Assembly: GCA_034521595.1 (NCBI GenBank)
Contig: JAXHMG010000003.1
Span: 544,001-608,000, forward strand
Direction of reading: 5' to 3'
Source of the DNA: Gemmatimonadota bacterium
Lineage (GTDB): Bacteria; Gemmatimonadota; Gemmatimonadetes; Longimicrobiales; Gaopeijiaceae
DNA: 64,000 nucleotides
This document shows, in pieces, positions 33,790-43,686 of this stretch (the first letter of the stretch is position 1; each line of letters opens with the position of its first letter). The translations under genes and the position numbers were made by a program. The notes below the pieces were generated by a model that saw only the letters and a list, made by a program, of their open reading frames with translations, was not told where the DNA came from and did not search any database.

Positions 33790-34444
33790 CGTCACCGAAG
33801 CTGGGGAAGCAGGGCACGTGAGCGGTGCGGGCGACGACCCGCTCGTCCATCTCTCGCTGGAGGAGCTGTCGGGACGCGATCGCTACCGTCTTCTGACTTC
33901 GCTCGTCGTGCCGCGTCCCATCGCGTGGGCATCGACGTGGGGGCGGGAGGGGACGGCCAACCTCGCGCCCTTCAGCTATTTCGCGGCGCTCTCCACGACG
34001 CCGGCCCTGGTCGGCATCTCGGTGGGCGCGCGCCGTGGGGAAGCCAAGGACACGCTCGAGAACATTCGCGCCCACCAGGCGCTGTGCGTGAACGTCGTCA
34101 CGGAAGCGCAGCTCGAGGCGATGAACGCGACCTCCGAGAGCGTCGGTCCGGAAGTAGACGAGTTCGCGCTCGCGGGGCTCGACCTGGAGGCGTCCGAGCG
34201 AGTGCACGCGCCCTACGTGCGGGAATGCCCCGCCGTGCTCGAATGCGAAGCCCGTGACGAGGTCCCCCTGCCGGGATCTCCGAACACCTTGGTGATCGCC
34301 GAGGTCGTGAACGTGATGCTCGCGCGGGAGCTCCTGCCGACCGAAGGGTATGGCGTCGATCCGGAGCGTCTCCGCCCGGTCGGACGGCTCGGGGGCACGG
34401 GATACATGATGCCCGGGACGTTCCGGTTCATTCCACGCCCGTAG
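33782..34444 (+). CDS. Flavin reductase family protein
   Basis: YRLLTSLVVPRPIAW, NLAPFSYF, KDTLENI and GRLGG. Confidence 0.9.
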   Translation: MADVTEAGEAGHVSGAGDDPLVHLSLEELSGRDRYRLLTSLVVPRPIAWASTWGREGTANLAPFSYFAALSTTPALVGISVGARRGEAKDTLENIRAHQALCVNVVTEAQLEAMNATSESVGPEVDEFALAGLDLEASERVHAPYVRECPAVLECEARDEVPLPGSPNTLVIAEVVNVMLARELLPTEGYGVDPERLRPVGRLGGTGYMMPGTFRFIPRP

Positions 34445-36512
34445 GGGGCGCGGCGGCCCCTCCCCACAGGAGCTCGATGCCGTCGGCGTACTCCACCAGC
34501 CGGGGCGTGCCCGAAGGACCGGACAACAGGAGGTACCCCCGGCGCCCGAGCTCGGTGAGCATCCGGGCGTTGTGTGCGGGGCCGAGGTCCCGGGCCACGA
34601 CCGGGCGGTCGTTCGCGCTCGTGGGTGGAAAATGCCTCAGGAGCTCTTCGAGCTCGATGGTCCCGAATCGGTCCGCGCGGGCCTCACGGCGGCACCGTGG
34701 ATCCTCGAGCGGGCCCGGCTCCAGCAACGCGGTGTTTCCGGGAGATAGGACGGTGGTCCGCAATCCGGCCGGACGGCCCGGCAGCGGTTCGAAGTCCAGC
34801 CGGGGAATCGCCGCCCGGCCCCCGACCGGGGTGCCGGCCGCGCGCCAGGACGCGTAGTGCGTCACGGAGCAGAGATCGTTCCGGCGGAGGGCGGTTTCGA
34901 CGGAGTCCCTGCGCATGCCCGTCGCGACCAGCCTCGAGGCCACCCGCGATGCCCAGCTTCCGTGGGCGAAGACGAGCACCGGCTCGCTGCCGAGCTCGCG
35001 CTCGACGAGCTGAGCCGCTTCCGTGGCGCCGGGTTGGCTCGCGTGCGCCCGGAAGGCGTCCGGGGCCAAGAGCAACGCACCCAGACCGGCCAGAACGACG
35101 GATGCACGCGCCACCCCGGTCGGGAGCAGCCGATGCAGCGGACTACGGCTGGCGGAATCCGGGCGTGTCAGCGGGTGCCATAGGATCGTCGCGGCCGTCA
35201 CCACCAGCGCTACCCAGGCCGGTGTGGCTTCGAAGAGCATGCGCGGGCCCATGTGGATCCCGTGATGCCAGTAGAGCGCGTTGGCTCCCACACCGGCCAC
35301 GACCCACGCGAGCAGGACTCGAGACCACCGCCCACGCGGCGCGACGAGGAGCGCGAGGCCGACGAGGGCGAGCGCTGGAAGCGGCGATTGGAACAGGTGC
35401 GTGCCGAGTTGCAAGAGGTCCGCGCCAGAGTAGGCGAGCGCCTCCAGCGGACCATACCGATTCCCCCAGGGATCCGGGTGAAACCCGAGCCCGTGCGCGG
35501 GGCCGAACGCCGCGGCGTAGCCGAGTCGCAGGGGATGACCGAATAACGCCTGGTTCCACGCCAGCAGGCCGACCGCGAAGGGAAGCCCGCCCAGCAATAG
35601 CCATCCGAGCGTCGAGCGTGCGGCCCGCAAAGGGCGCCCCCGCCCGAGCCACGAGGGCAGCCAGATCGCCCCGAGGATCACCACCGATCCGACCATGCCG
35701 ATCCATGGGCGTGACGCCACCGACCAGCCGACGGCCGCACCGGCGATAGCTGCCCACTTCCGGCTTCCGTCCCGTGCGTGCAACGCGCTCCAGGCAACCG
35801 CCGCGATGCCGGCCGCCGCGCTGGTATGACTCAAGTGGGTCCCGCCGAGGAGCAGCCAGAAAGGGCTCACCGCCAGGAGCACGCCGGCGGCCCGAGCACG
35901 TTCGGGCCCGAGGAGCGTCTGGAACGACGAGGTCGCGAAACCCGTCGCCGCGCCCACCATGACGGGGCCGACGAGCCAGGAGGCTCCGACGGCAAGGCCC
36001 AGGGCGAGCAAGACGGTGTGGAGCGGAGGGTAGATGGAGGCCCAACCGTGCGCGGTGGGGAGGCCGTTCTGCGTGAGCCAGGCCGCCGCATCGACCGGCA
36101 TCGGGATCCCCAAGCGACCTTCGAGCAAAGCGCGCGCGTGCAGGAGCTGGGCGAGCTCGTCGATCGAGGTCGGCTCCCCTCCGTGGATGAGGCGAGCCAC
36201 GAGCCCCGAGAGCGTCAGCGCCACGATGCCGATGCGCACGCTGAAGCGGGCGGAGCTGGGGTTCGAAGCCACAGTGGCGACCCGTGCGCCCAGGCTCGCC
36301 ACCCAGCGAGCGGCAGGCGTGCGCGCGACGATCACCGCGATGCCCACGACGATCAGCGAGCCGTACACGCTCAGAATCCACGCGGATTCGGCGGCCGATC
36401 GGGTCGCGGCGCCCGCCGGGCCCGTGCGGGTCGGGTCCAGGAGGCGGTGCAGGGGCGCATAGACCGCGATCAGGAGGAGCGCCCCTAAGGTACGGCGGGC
36501 GAAGAGCGTCAC
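34428..36512 (-). CDS. Polytopic membrane protein, probable GT-C (ArnT/PMT-like) glycosyltransferase
   Basis: Many TM helices; acidic loop SIDELAQLLHAR, YPPLH, SRP, WNQALFGHP and GPRMLFE. Divergent from pilS. Confidence 0.6.
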   Translation of the reverse strand: MTLFARRTLGALLLIAVYAPLHRLLDPTRTGPAGAATRSAAESAWILSVYGSLIVVGIAVIVARTPAARWVASLGARVATVASNPSSARFSVRIGIVALTLSGLVARLIHGGEPTSIDELAQLLHARALLEGRLGIPMPVDAAAWLTQNGLPTAHGWASIYPPLHTVLLALGLAVGASWLVGPVMVGAATGFATSSFQTLLGPERARAAGVLLAVSPFWLLLGGTHLSHTSAAAGIAAVAWSALHARDGSRKWAAIAGAAVGWSVASRPWIGMVGSVVILGAIWLPSWLGRGRPLRAARSTLGWLLLGGLPFAVGLLAWNQALFGHPLRLGYAAAFGPAHGLGFHPDPWGNRYGPLEALAYSGADLLQLGTHLFQSPLPALALVGLALLVAPRGRWSRVLLAWVVAGVGANALYWHHGIHMGPRMLFEATPAWVALVVTAATILWHPLTRPDSASRSPLHRLLPTGVARASVVLAGLGALLLAPDAFRAHASQPGATEAAQLVERELGSEPVLVFAHGSWASRVASRLVATGMRRDSVETALRRNDLCSVTHYASWRAAGTPVGGRAAIPRLDFEPLPGRPAGLRTTVLSPGNTALLEPGPLEDPRCRREARADRFGTIELEELLRHFPPTSANDRPVVARDLGPAHNARMLTELGRRGYLLLSGPSGTPRLVEYADGIELLWGGAAAPPTGVE

Positions 36513-36765
36513 GGTCGTGCTCGAGCCGGTCGGTGGAGCTTCATCGCCGCAATGTGGCTACAGGTGTATCCCCGATCCACCCTCGGCAAAGGAAGAGCGG
36601 CGGATGAGCCCCGCATTTCGCGGCACCTCCCGGATTGCATCGTGCAAAGGGTAGCCGCTACCCTACGCGCGGTCGGACGGGTGGCCCAATCTGCCCCCGC
36701 CGCGTCTCCGGTGATCCCGAGGAGTCCTTGAGCTCTTGGCCCAGCCCGTCTTCTCGTCGTTCCGC

Positions 36766-38415
36766 ATGAGCGCGGAGCCCAAGGCTCTGCGCGCCGACGT
36801 CTTCCGGTGGCTCTATCTGGGTCGTCTGACGCTCGTGTCCGGAATCCTGGCGAGCGCGCTCTTCGCATGGTTCGACGCGCTACCTGAGGACACACTCGTC
36901 GCGACGGTGATGTTCGTGGTCGCGTTGGTCGTGACCGCGGTGTCCTTCTGGTATACCCACGTGCTTCGCCGCGAGCCCGGCGAGGCGTTCCGGTACGGCC
37001 AGGTCGTTCTGGACGTGCTTCTGGTGACGGGGGTGGTGCACGTCACCGGGGGGCCGGAGAGCAGCTTCGCGCCCCTCTACATCCTGGTCATCAGCGCGGG
37101 CGCGCTCCTCTTGCCGCTGCCGGGCGGCGTGCTGATCGGGGCGCTCGCGAGCATCGTCTACTTTGCCGATCTGGCTTGGGGTCACGAGAGCACGCTGACC
37201 CTCGAGGTGGGGCTCCGTATCGGACTCTTCGCGCTCGTGGCGGTGGTCACGGGGATCCTGGGTGACCGCTTGCGGCGGGCGGGCCAGGCCTTGGGGGCGG
37301 TCGCGTCGGAGCTCGAGCAGCTCCGGCTCGACACGAGCGACGTCCTCGCGAACCTGTCCGCCGGCGTGCTCACGGTCGACGGTGACCACCGTCTGGCCTA
37401 TGCGAACCCTGCCGCCGAGTCACTCCTCCGCCTGGACCTCACGGAGATGCTCGGCAAACCGGTGCTGAGGGTGCTCGACCAGGTGGCTCCGGGCATGGGG
37501 CGGAGCCTCGAGCACGCGTTGGGGGACCGTCGCACCCGGAGTCGCTCGCGTGCGACGGTGGAGCGCGGAAACGAGGCGATCCGACTCGGCATCAGCACGA
37601 CGTTGCTCGATCGGGGGGACGACACGCCCCCGTCCGTGACGGCGATCTTCGAGGACATCACCGACCTGGAGCGGATCGACGAGCTGAACCTGCGGACCGA
37701 GCGGCTGGAAGCGGTGGCGACCCTGTCGGCCTCGCTCGCGCACGAGATCAAGAACCCGCTGGCGTCGATCCGGAGCGCGATCGAACAGCTCGAAGGCGAG
37801 CAACTGGGAACGGAGGACCGCACGCTGCTCCGGCGGCTCGTGCTCAACGAATCGGATCGGCTGAGCCGCCTGCTCTCCGAGTTCCTGGACTACTCGGCGG
37901 TCCGGCTGGGCGCTCAGGAACGGGTGGAGCTCCGGAGCGTGGTGTTGGAGTGTATTGCCGTCGCGAGGGAGCATCCGGACCTGGAGAACATCGACCTCCA
38001 GGTGGAAGTCGACGAAGATCCGGTTCCTGTTCTCGGAGACGCCGACCTCCTCCACCGCGCCCTTCTCAACCTCGTTCTGAACGCCGGTCACTACGCGGGG
38101 ACCGGAGGAACCGTCGTCGTCTCCCTCGAAGACGAGCGGTACCGGCGCACGCCCAGGGGGGTCAACATCAGCAGCCCCGTGCGGCTGGCCGTCCGCGATT
38201 CCGGACCGGGCATCCCGCCCGAGGTTGCGAGCCGGATCTTCGATCCGTTCTTCTCCACCCGGAAGGGCGGAAGCGGGCTCGGCTTGGCCTTGGTGCACCG
38301 AGCGGTGGAGGCCCACGCGGGGGTGGTCTTCGTGGAGCGCGCCATCGAGGGGGGCGCACAGTTCGTCATCTTCCTTCCGGGGCTCTCGGAAGCCGATCAG
38401 GGAGAGCACACGTGA
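36766..38415 (+). CDS. pilS: PilS-like sensor histidine kinase
   Basis: Six-TM N-terminus with VHVTGGPESSFAPLY, a PAS-like region, AHEIKNPL, and N/G boxes (DSGPG, FDPFF, GSGLGL). Confidence 0.85.
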   Translation: MSAEPKALRADVFRWLYLGRLTLVSGILASALFAWFDALPEDTLVATVMFVVALVVTAVSFWYTHVLRREPGEAFRYGQVVLDVLLVTGVVHVTGGPESSFAPLYILVISAGALLLPLPGGVLIGALASIVYFADLAWGHESTLTLEVGLRIGLFALVAVVTGILGDRLRRAGQALGAVASELEQLRLDTSDVLANLSAGVLTVDGDHRLAYANPAAESLLRLDLTEMLGKPVLRVLDQVAPGMGRSLEHALGDRRTRSRSRATVERGNEAIRLGISTTLLDRGDDTPPSVTAIFEDITDLERIDELNLRTERLEAVATLSASLAHEIKNPLASIRSAIEQLEGEQLGTEDRTLLRRLVLNESDRLSRLLSEFLDYSAVRLGAQERVELRSVVLECIAVAREHPDLENIDLQVEVDEDPVPVLGDADLLHRALLNLVLNAGHYAGTGGTVVVSLEDERYRRTPRGVNISSPVRLAVRDSGPGIPPEVASRIFDPFFSTRKGGSGLGLALVHRAVEAHAGVVFVERAIEGGAQFVIFLPGLSEADQGEHT

Positions 38416-39788
38416 GTGATTCGCCGAAGGTCCTGCTCGTGGACGACGAGATGTCGATTCTCGACACGCTCCAGGTATTGTTCCGTGGCGACGGTTACCA
38501 GGTGACCGTCGCCGATTCGGGGAAGAAGGCGCTGGAGGCGCTGGAATCCGAGAAACCCGACCTCGTCGTGACCGACATCCGCATGCCGGGCACCAGTGGG
38601 CTGGAAGTGCTTCAGGCCGCGCACGAAGTCGACGCCGAGCTTCCGGTGATTCTCATCACCGCCCAGGCGTCCCTCCAGTCGGCCGTGCGCGCCGTGAACG
38701 AGGGCGCGTATCACTATCTCCAGAAGCCGTTCTCGAACGACGAGTTGCTCGCGATCTCCCGGCGTGCCCTCGAGGCCCGCCAGCTCAAAGTGGAGAACCG
38801 GGCCCTCAAGGCCGAGATCGGCCAACGCCGCTCCGGCGCGGCGGTCGAGCGCCCGATCGGCTCGGCGCCCTGTTTCCAGGAGGTGTTGGACCTCGCCGAG
38901 ACGGTGGCCGCGACCGATTCCACCGCGCTGATCTCGGGAGAGAGCGGAACGGGTAAGGAGATCCTCGCGCGCTACATCCACGAGTGCTCGCCTCGGGCCG
39001 ACCGCGCGTTCCTGTCCATCAACTGCGGGGCTTTGCCCGAGAGCCTGCTCGAGAGTGAGCTCTTCGGGCATGTGAAAGGCTCGTTCACCGGAGCGGTGAA
39101 GGACAAGGACGGGCTGTTGGTCGCGGCGGGCGGAGGCACGTTCTTCATGGACGAGATCGGGGAGATGTCTCCGGCGACCCAGGTCAAGCTGCTTCGCGCG
39201 ATCCAGGAGCGCGAGGTGATCCCCGTCGGCTCGACCAAGGCCGTGCCGGTGGATGTCCGGCTGATCGCCGCCACGAACCGGGATCTCGAGGTCGAGATCG
39301 ATCGAGGCTCGTTCAGGAGCGATCTCTACTACCGCTTGAACGTGATCCAGCTTCACCTTCCACCCCTCAGGGAACGTCCGGACGACGTCCCCGTCCTCGC
39401 GCGTCATTTCCTCGCGGAGGAAGCCGTGGCACGGGAGCGCGACCGGCCCCTGGAAATCGCCGAGGACGCGATGAAGCTCTTGGTCGACTACGATTGGCCG
39501 GGCAACGTGCGTGAGCTCCAGAACGCGCTCGAGCGCGCCGCCGTGGTCGTATCGGGCCGGAGGATCGGGCGCGACGACCTGCCCGAGCGGGTCCGCGAGC
39601 GCCCGGCGCCGAGGCTCGTCCGCAACGAGGAGAGCTCGGGGAACCCGACCATGGACGTCATCGAGAAGGCCTACATCCTCTGGGTGCTCCAAGCCGAGGG
39701 CGGGAACAAGACGCGCGCGGCCGAGGTGCTGGGCATCGATCCTTCGACCCTCTACCGGAAGCTCAACCGGTACGGGATCGACGACTGA
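38412..39788 (+). CDS. pilR: PilR-like sigma54-dependent response regulator
   Basis: GTGA overlap with pilS; REC domain, GESGTGKE, ESELFGH..GSFTGA, WPGNVREL and a Fis-type HTH. Confidence 0.85.
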   Translation: MSDSPKVLLVDDEMSILDTLQVLFRGDGYQVTVADSGKKALEALESEKPDLVVTDIRMPGTSGLEVLQAAHEVDAELPVILITAQASLQSAVRAVNEGAYHYLQKPFSNDELLAISRRALEARQLKVENRALKAEIGQRRSGAAVERPIGSAPCFQEVLDLAETVAATDSTALISGESGTGKEILARYIHECSPRADRAFLSINCGALPESLLESELFGHVKGSFTGAVKDKDGLLVAAGGGTFFMDEIGEMSPATQVKLLRAIQEREVIPVGSTKAVPVDVRLIAATNRDLEVEIDRGSFRSDLYYRLNVIQLHLPPLRERPDDVPVLARHFLAEEAVARERDRPLEIAEDAMKLLVDYDWPGNVRELQNALERAAVVVSGRRIGRDDLPERVRERPAPRLVRNEESSGNPTMDVIEKAYILWVLQAEGGNKTRAAEVLGIDPSTLYRKLNRYGIDD

Positions 39789-39815
39789 CGCCCCTTCACG
39801 ACAGGCGAGCTTTTC

Positions 39816-40664
39816 ATGCACAGGAGAACCCAGGGGCCGGCGAGCCCTCCCGCCAAGAGCCTCCCGTGGCACACGGTCCGGGTCAGCGTGGTGATTCCCG
39901 TCTACAACGAGCGGGAGACCGTCGAGGCCCTGCTTCGTCGTGTACGGGAGGTCGGGCTGACGCTCGAGGTCATCGTGGTGGACGACGGATCCACCGACGG
40001 CACGCGCGACCTCCTCCCGGCGCTCGAAGGTACGCTCATCGACCGGCTCGTCATGCACGAAGAGAACCAGGGGAAGGGCGCGGCGCTCCGGACCGGCTTC
40101 GAGCACGCCACGGGGGACGTGGTCGTCGTCCAGGACGCGGACCTCGAGTACGACCCGTACGAGCTTCCCCTGTTGCTCGAGCCCATCCTGAGCGGAAAGG
40201 CGGACGCCGTGTACGGCTCGCGGTTCCTCGGCGGCCCGCACCGCGTGCTGCTCTTCTGGCACTCGATCGGCAACCGGGTCCTCACGCTCCTGTCGAACAT
40301 GCTCACGGACGTGAACCTCACCGACATGGAAACCTGCTACAAGATGATCCGCAGGGAGCTCCTCGAGACCCTTCCGCTGTCCGCGAACCGGTTCGGCATC
40401 GAGCCGGAGCTCACCGCCCGCCTCGCGCAGGCCGAAGCACGCATCTACGAGCTCCCGATCAGCTATCACGGACGCTCGTACGAGGAGGGGAAGAAGATCG
40501 GCTGGAAGGACGGCGTGGCCGCGCTCTGGGCGATCGTGCGCTACAACCTCTTCGCGCCGCCCGTGCCGCGCTGGACACCGCCGGAGGAAGCGCCGTGGGA
40601 AAGGCGGGAGGAACCGCTCGAGGGCAGCGCCGAAGCGGGAGCGAGTGAGGCGAAGGATGCTTGA
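39816..40664 (+). CDS. GT2 glycosyltransferase, Dpm1/polyprenol-phosphate sugar synthase-like
   Basis: [46 protein letters not shown] and EGKKI. The true start may be later than 39816. Confidence 0.88.
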   Translation: MHRRTQGPASPPAKSLPWHTVRVSVVIPVYNERETVEALLRRVREVGLTLEVIVVDDGSTDGTRDLLPALEGTLIDRLVMHEENQGKGAALRTGFEHATGDVVVVQDADLEYDPYELPLLLEPILSGKADAVYGSRFLGGPHRVLLFWHSIGNRVLTLLSNMLTDVNLTDMETCYKMIRRELLETLPLSANRFGIEPELTARLAQAEARIYELPISYHGRSYEEGKKIGWKDGVAALWAIVRYNLFAPPVPRWTPPEEAPWERREEPLEGSAEAGASEAKDA

Positions 40665-42525
40665 CCGTCGCCGGGCGGTCCTCCTCACGGCGGCCGTCGC
40701 GGCCCTCGTCTATGCCAACGCGCTCGGGAACGGCTTCGCGTACGACGACGTCCCGATCATCGAAGAAAACGCCGCCATCCAGAGTCTCGAGGCGCTCCCG
40801 GGCGCGATCGTGAGCTCGTACTGGCCGGGCACGCGGGGTGAGAACGCGAGCCTCTGGCGCCCGGTGACGACGGCCGCGTTCGGCGTACAATACGTGCTCG
40901 GCGGCGGCTCCCCCTTGCTCTTTCACGCCGTCAACGTCGTCCTGCACGCGGCCGCTTCCGTCGGGGTGCTCCTCTTCCTGGCCTACTTGATGCCGCTGGC
41001 CGGCGCCTTCACGGCGGCGATCGTCTTCGCGCTCCATCCGGTGCACGTGGAGGCGGTGGCCAACGTGGTCGGCTTCGCCGAGCTCTTCTCGACGGTGGCG
41101 TTGCTCGCGGCCCTCCTCGTGTATGTCCGGGCTCCCGCGCGAGTCGGGTGGGGCGCGGCGCTCGGCATGGGCGTCCTGTACGCGCTCGCGTTCGGGGCCA
41201 AGGAGAGCGCGGTCGTCCTCCCCGGCCTCGTCTTCCTGGTGGACGCGGCCCGGCGCCGCCTGGCCCTCTCGGACCTCCGGGCTTATCTGGCGGACCGGTG
41301 GCGCGTCTACCTCGTGCTCCTCGTCGTGGCGCTGGCGCTGCTCGCGGCCCGCGTGCCGATCCTGGGGCGGGTCGCGAGCCCCACCGGCCCGATGGGCGCG
41401 GACCTGCTCTACGAGATCCCGAGGATCTGGACGGTCGCGCAGGTCTGGACCCACTACGTGCGGCTGTGGGTCTTCCCGCTGGATCTCTCCGCCGACTACG
41501 CCCCCAACGTGATCCCCGTCGCGCTGGGCTGGAACGCCACGAACGTGGTCGGCGTCGTGCTCGCCCTGACGATCCTCGCGACCGCGTGGGTGGCCTGGCG
41601 GAGGCCGGAGCTCCGGCCGGAGCGCGCGAGCGCACGCGTCGCCGGGTTCGGTGTCATGTGGTTCGTGATCGCGATCTCGCCCGTGTCGAACACGCTCTTC
41701 CTCTCCGGCGTGACGCTGGCCGAGCGGACGCTCTACCTGCCGTCCGTCGGGCTCGCGGCCGTGAGTGGGTGGCTGCTCGTGGTCCTGCTGCGTGAGCGGA
41801 GGGCGCTGGGTGGAGTCGTCGTGGCGTTGGCCGTCGTGCTGTCGGCGGCCCGTACCTGGACACGTACGCCCACGTGGCACGACACGCCGAGCGTCTTCCT
41901 GACGATGCTCCGGGAGGTGCCACACTCCGGTCGCGCACAGTGGATGCTGGGCGACAACTTCTGGATGCAGGGCGACACCGCGCAGGCGTTGGCGACCTAC
42001 CGGCACGCGGTGAACCTGCTGGACGGGCACTACCGTCTGTTGGTGGCGGTGGGTGGCAAGCTCATGGAACGAGAGCGCTACGGCTCCGCGGAGCGCCTCG
42101 TTCGCCGCGCCTGGAAGGACAATCCGGAGCGGCCACGAGCGCCGCGTGTCCTCGCCTCCATCCGGGCGGAGCTCGGCGACGCCGAGGGCACCGAGCGGTT
42201 CGCGCGCCGGGCATTGGCGATCGTTCCCGAGGACCCGGTGCGCGAGCACCTGCTGGCGTGGGCGCTGGCGGCACAGGGATCGTGGAGCCGGGCCGCCGAG
42301 GCCCGCCGGCGGGCGGACGCGCTGGGCGTGGCGGCCTTCTGGCAGCCGTGGCTCTACGAGGCGTACGCGCGGCGCCGGGCAGGTGATCCTGAAGGCGTGC
42401 GGATGGCGCTCGACTCGGCGCGGGCCACGGTGCGCACCGACGTGGGACGCGCCGTCCTGGATTCGATCCTGCGGCACGACTTCGGCGTGGAGCGCGAAGC
42501 CGCGACCCACCGGCCCGGCCGGTGA
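40657..42525 (+). CDS. TMTC-like (DUF1736) GT-C protein O-glycosyltransferase with C-terminal TPR-like helices
   Basis: [51 protein letters not shown] and AERTLYLPS, followed by TPR-like repeats. Confidence 0.82.
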   Translation: MLDRRRAVLLTAAVAALVYANALGNGFAYDDVPIIEENAAIQSLEALPGAIVSSYWPGTRGENASLWRPVTTAAFGVQYVLGGGSPLLFHAVNVVLHAAASVGVLLFLAYLMPLAGAFTAAIVFALHPVHVEAVANVVGFAELFSTVALLAALLVYVRAPARVGWGAALGMGVLYALAFGAKESAVVLPGLVFLVDAARRRLALSDLRAYLADRWRVYLVLLVVALALLAARVPILGRVASPTGPMGADLLYEIPRIWTVAQVWTHYVRLWVFPLDLSADYAPNVIPVALGWNATNVVGVVLALTILATAWVAWRRPELRPERASARVAGFGVMWFVIAISPVSNTLFLSGVTLAERTLYLPSVGLAAVSGWLLVVLLRERRALGGVVVALAVVLSAARTWTRTPTWHDTPSVFLTMLREVPHSGRAQWMLGDNFWMQGDTAQALATYRHAVNLLDGHYRLLVAVGGKLMERERYGSAERLVRRAWKDNPERPRAPRVLASIRAELGDAEGTERFARRALAIVPEDPVREHLLAWALAAQGSWSRAAEARRRADALGVAAFWQPWLYEAYARRRAGDPEGVRMALDSARATVRTDVGRAVLDSILRHDFGVEREAATHRPGR

Positions 42526-42546
42526 AGAGCGTCCCGAATCGGTATC

Positions 42547-42568
42547 GCAAAACGTCACGGCGTTTTGC
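42547..42568. promoter_or_regulatory. Palindromic upstream site (candidate enhancer for a sigma54 activator)
   Basis: Perfect inverted repeat GCAAAACG-N6-CGTTTTGC about 100 bp upstream of the pilin sigma54 promoter. Confidence 0.55.
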
Positions 42569-42621
42569 AGAATCCGACGGAACCCCGGCGCCGCGCGGTC
42601 TCCTGCGGCATGGCGCAATCG

Positions 42622-42650
42622 TGTAAGTGATTGCAGAAAAGTCACTTACA
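42622..42650. promoter_or_regulatory. AT-rich palindrome (candidate IHF or regulator site)
   Basis: TGTAAGTGA-N11-TCACTTACA; the left part TAAGTGATTG resembles the IHF pattern YAA-N4-TTG. Confidence 0.5.
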
Positions 42651-42666
42651 TGTCCATGCCGGTGTT

Positions 42667-42682
42667 TGGAACCGACTTTGCA
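42667..42682 (+). promoter_or_regulatory. Sigma54 (-24/-12) promoter of the pilin genes
   Basis: TGGAAC-CGACT-TTGCA versus consensus TGGCAC-N5-TTGCA, 50 nt upstream of the pilin ATG. Confidence 0.8.
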
Positions 42683-42731
42683 CTTCAGGAGGCCGCACGA
42701 CCCGATTTCACTTCACACCTGGAGTACTACC

Positions 42732-43136
42732 ATGCGGGACAACAACACCAAGGGTTTCACCCTCATCGAGCTGCTCATCGTAGTGGTGATCATCGGAATC
42801 CTGGCGGCCATCGCCATTCCGAAGTTCTCCGCGACGCGTGAGAAGGCCTACTTCGCGGCCATGAAGTCCGATCTCAAGAACCTGGCGAGCCAGCAGGAGA
42901 TCTACTACTCGGACGACTACGCCTACACGACCAGCGCCGATGACCTCGGCTTCGTTTCGAGTGACGGCGTGGTGGTGGACATCAGCGAAGCGACCAGCAC
43001 GGGCTGGGCCGCGAGCGCCGTGCACGATGCGCTGACGACGGCGGAAGGCTGCGCGATCTACTACGGCGAGGTCGCCACCGCGCCGACGAGCCCGGCTGCG
43101 CCTGCCCAGGCCGGCGAGCTCGCCTGCACCAGCTAA
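42732..43136 (+). CDS. pilA: Type IV-A major pilin 1
   Basis: GGAG RBS; MRDNNTKG|FTLIELLIVVVIIGILAAIAIPKF; C-terminal Cys pair. Confidence 0.92.
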   Translation: MRDNNTKGFTLIELLIVVVIIGILAAIAIPKFSATREKAYFAAMKSDLKNLASQQEIYYSDDYAYTTSADDLGFVSSDGVVVDISEATSTGWAASAVHDALTTAEGCAIYYGEVATAPTSPAAPAQAGELACTS

Positions 43137-43288
43137 CACGGGCACAGCGGTACCCCGCATGAGCGTGCGGGTGTGACTGAAGCGGAAGGGTCGGTCCGGG
43201 TCTTCGGGCCCGGGCCGGCCATCCGCTCCCGCGCCCCGGCCTTCTTGGCCCATCCACGACCCGACCGAACTCGCGCCCGAGGTGACCG

Positions 43289-43675
43289 ATGTCCACGAAC
43301 CGCAAGGGCTTCACCCTCATCGAGCTTCTGATCGTCGTCGTGATCATCGGGATCCTGGCCTCGATCGCGATCCCGAAGTTCTCCGCCACCCGCGAGAAGG
43401 CCTTCATCTCCACGATGACGGCCGACCTACGCAACCTGGCGAGCCTGCAGGAAGTCTACCACAACTCCAACTACACCTACTCCACCAGCCAGGACGATCT
43501 CGGCTTCACGAGCTCCGACGGCGTTACCGTCAACATCGGTGAGGCCACGGGCCAGGGCTGGTCCGCGACGGCCACCCACGAGGGCCTGTCCGGCGAGTCG
43601 TGCGCGCTCTACCACGGCAATGCCGCGCAGGTGAGCCCGGCCACGACGGAGAGCACGATCGCCTGCTCCAACTGA
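43289..43675 (+). CDS. Type IV-A pilin 2 (tandem paralog)
   Basis: MSTNRKG|FTLIELLIVVVIIGILASIAIPKF; colinear with pilin 1 (DDLGF.SSDGV.V.I.EAT..GW, Cys pair). Confidence 0.9.
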   Translation: MSTNRKGFTLIELLIVVVIIGILASIAIPKFSATREKAFISTMTADLRNLASLQEVYHNSNYTYSTSQDDLGFTSSDGVTVNIGEATGQGWSATATHEGLSGESCALYHGNAAQVSPATTESTIACSN

Positions 43676-43686
43676 GCGGTGGGCCG

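Noticed and set aside
38397-42645. 763-aa and 728-aa minus-strand ORFs
   Set aside because: Antisense shadows of pilR, the GT2 and the TMTC-like gene.
42732-43675. Pilin antigenic-variation cassette or invertible shufflon
   Set aside because: Both pilins are intact with their own RBS and leader; no recombinase or silent partial copies were seen.
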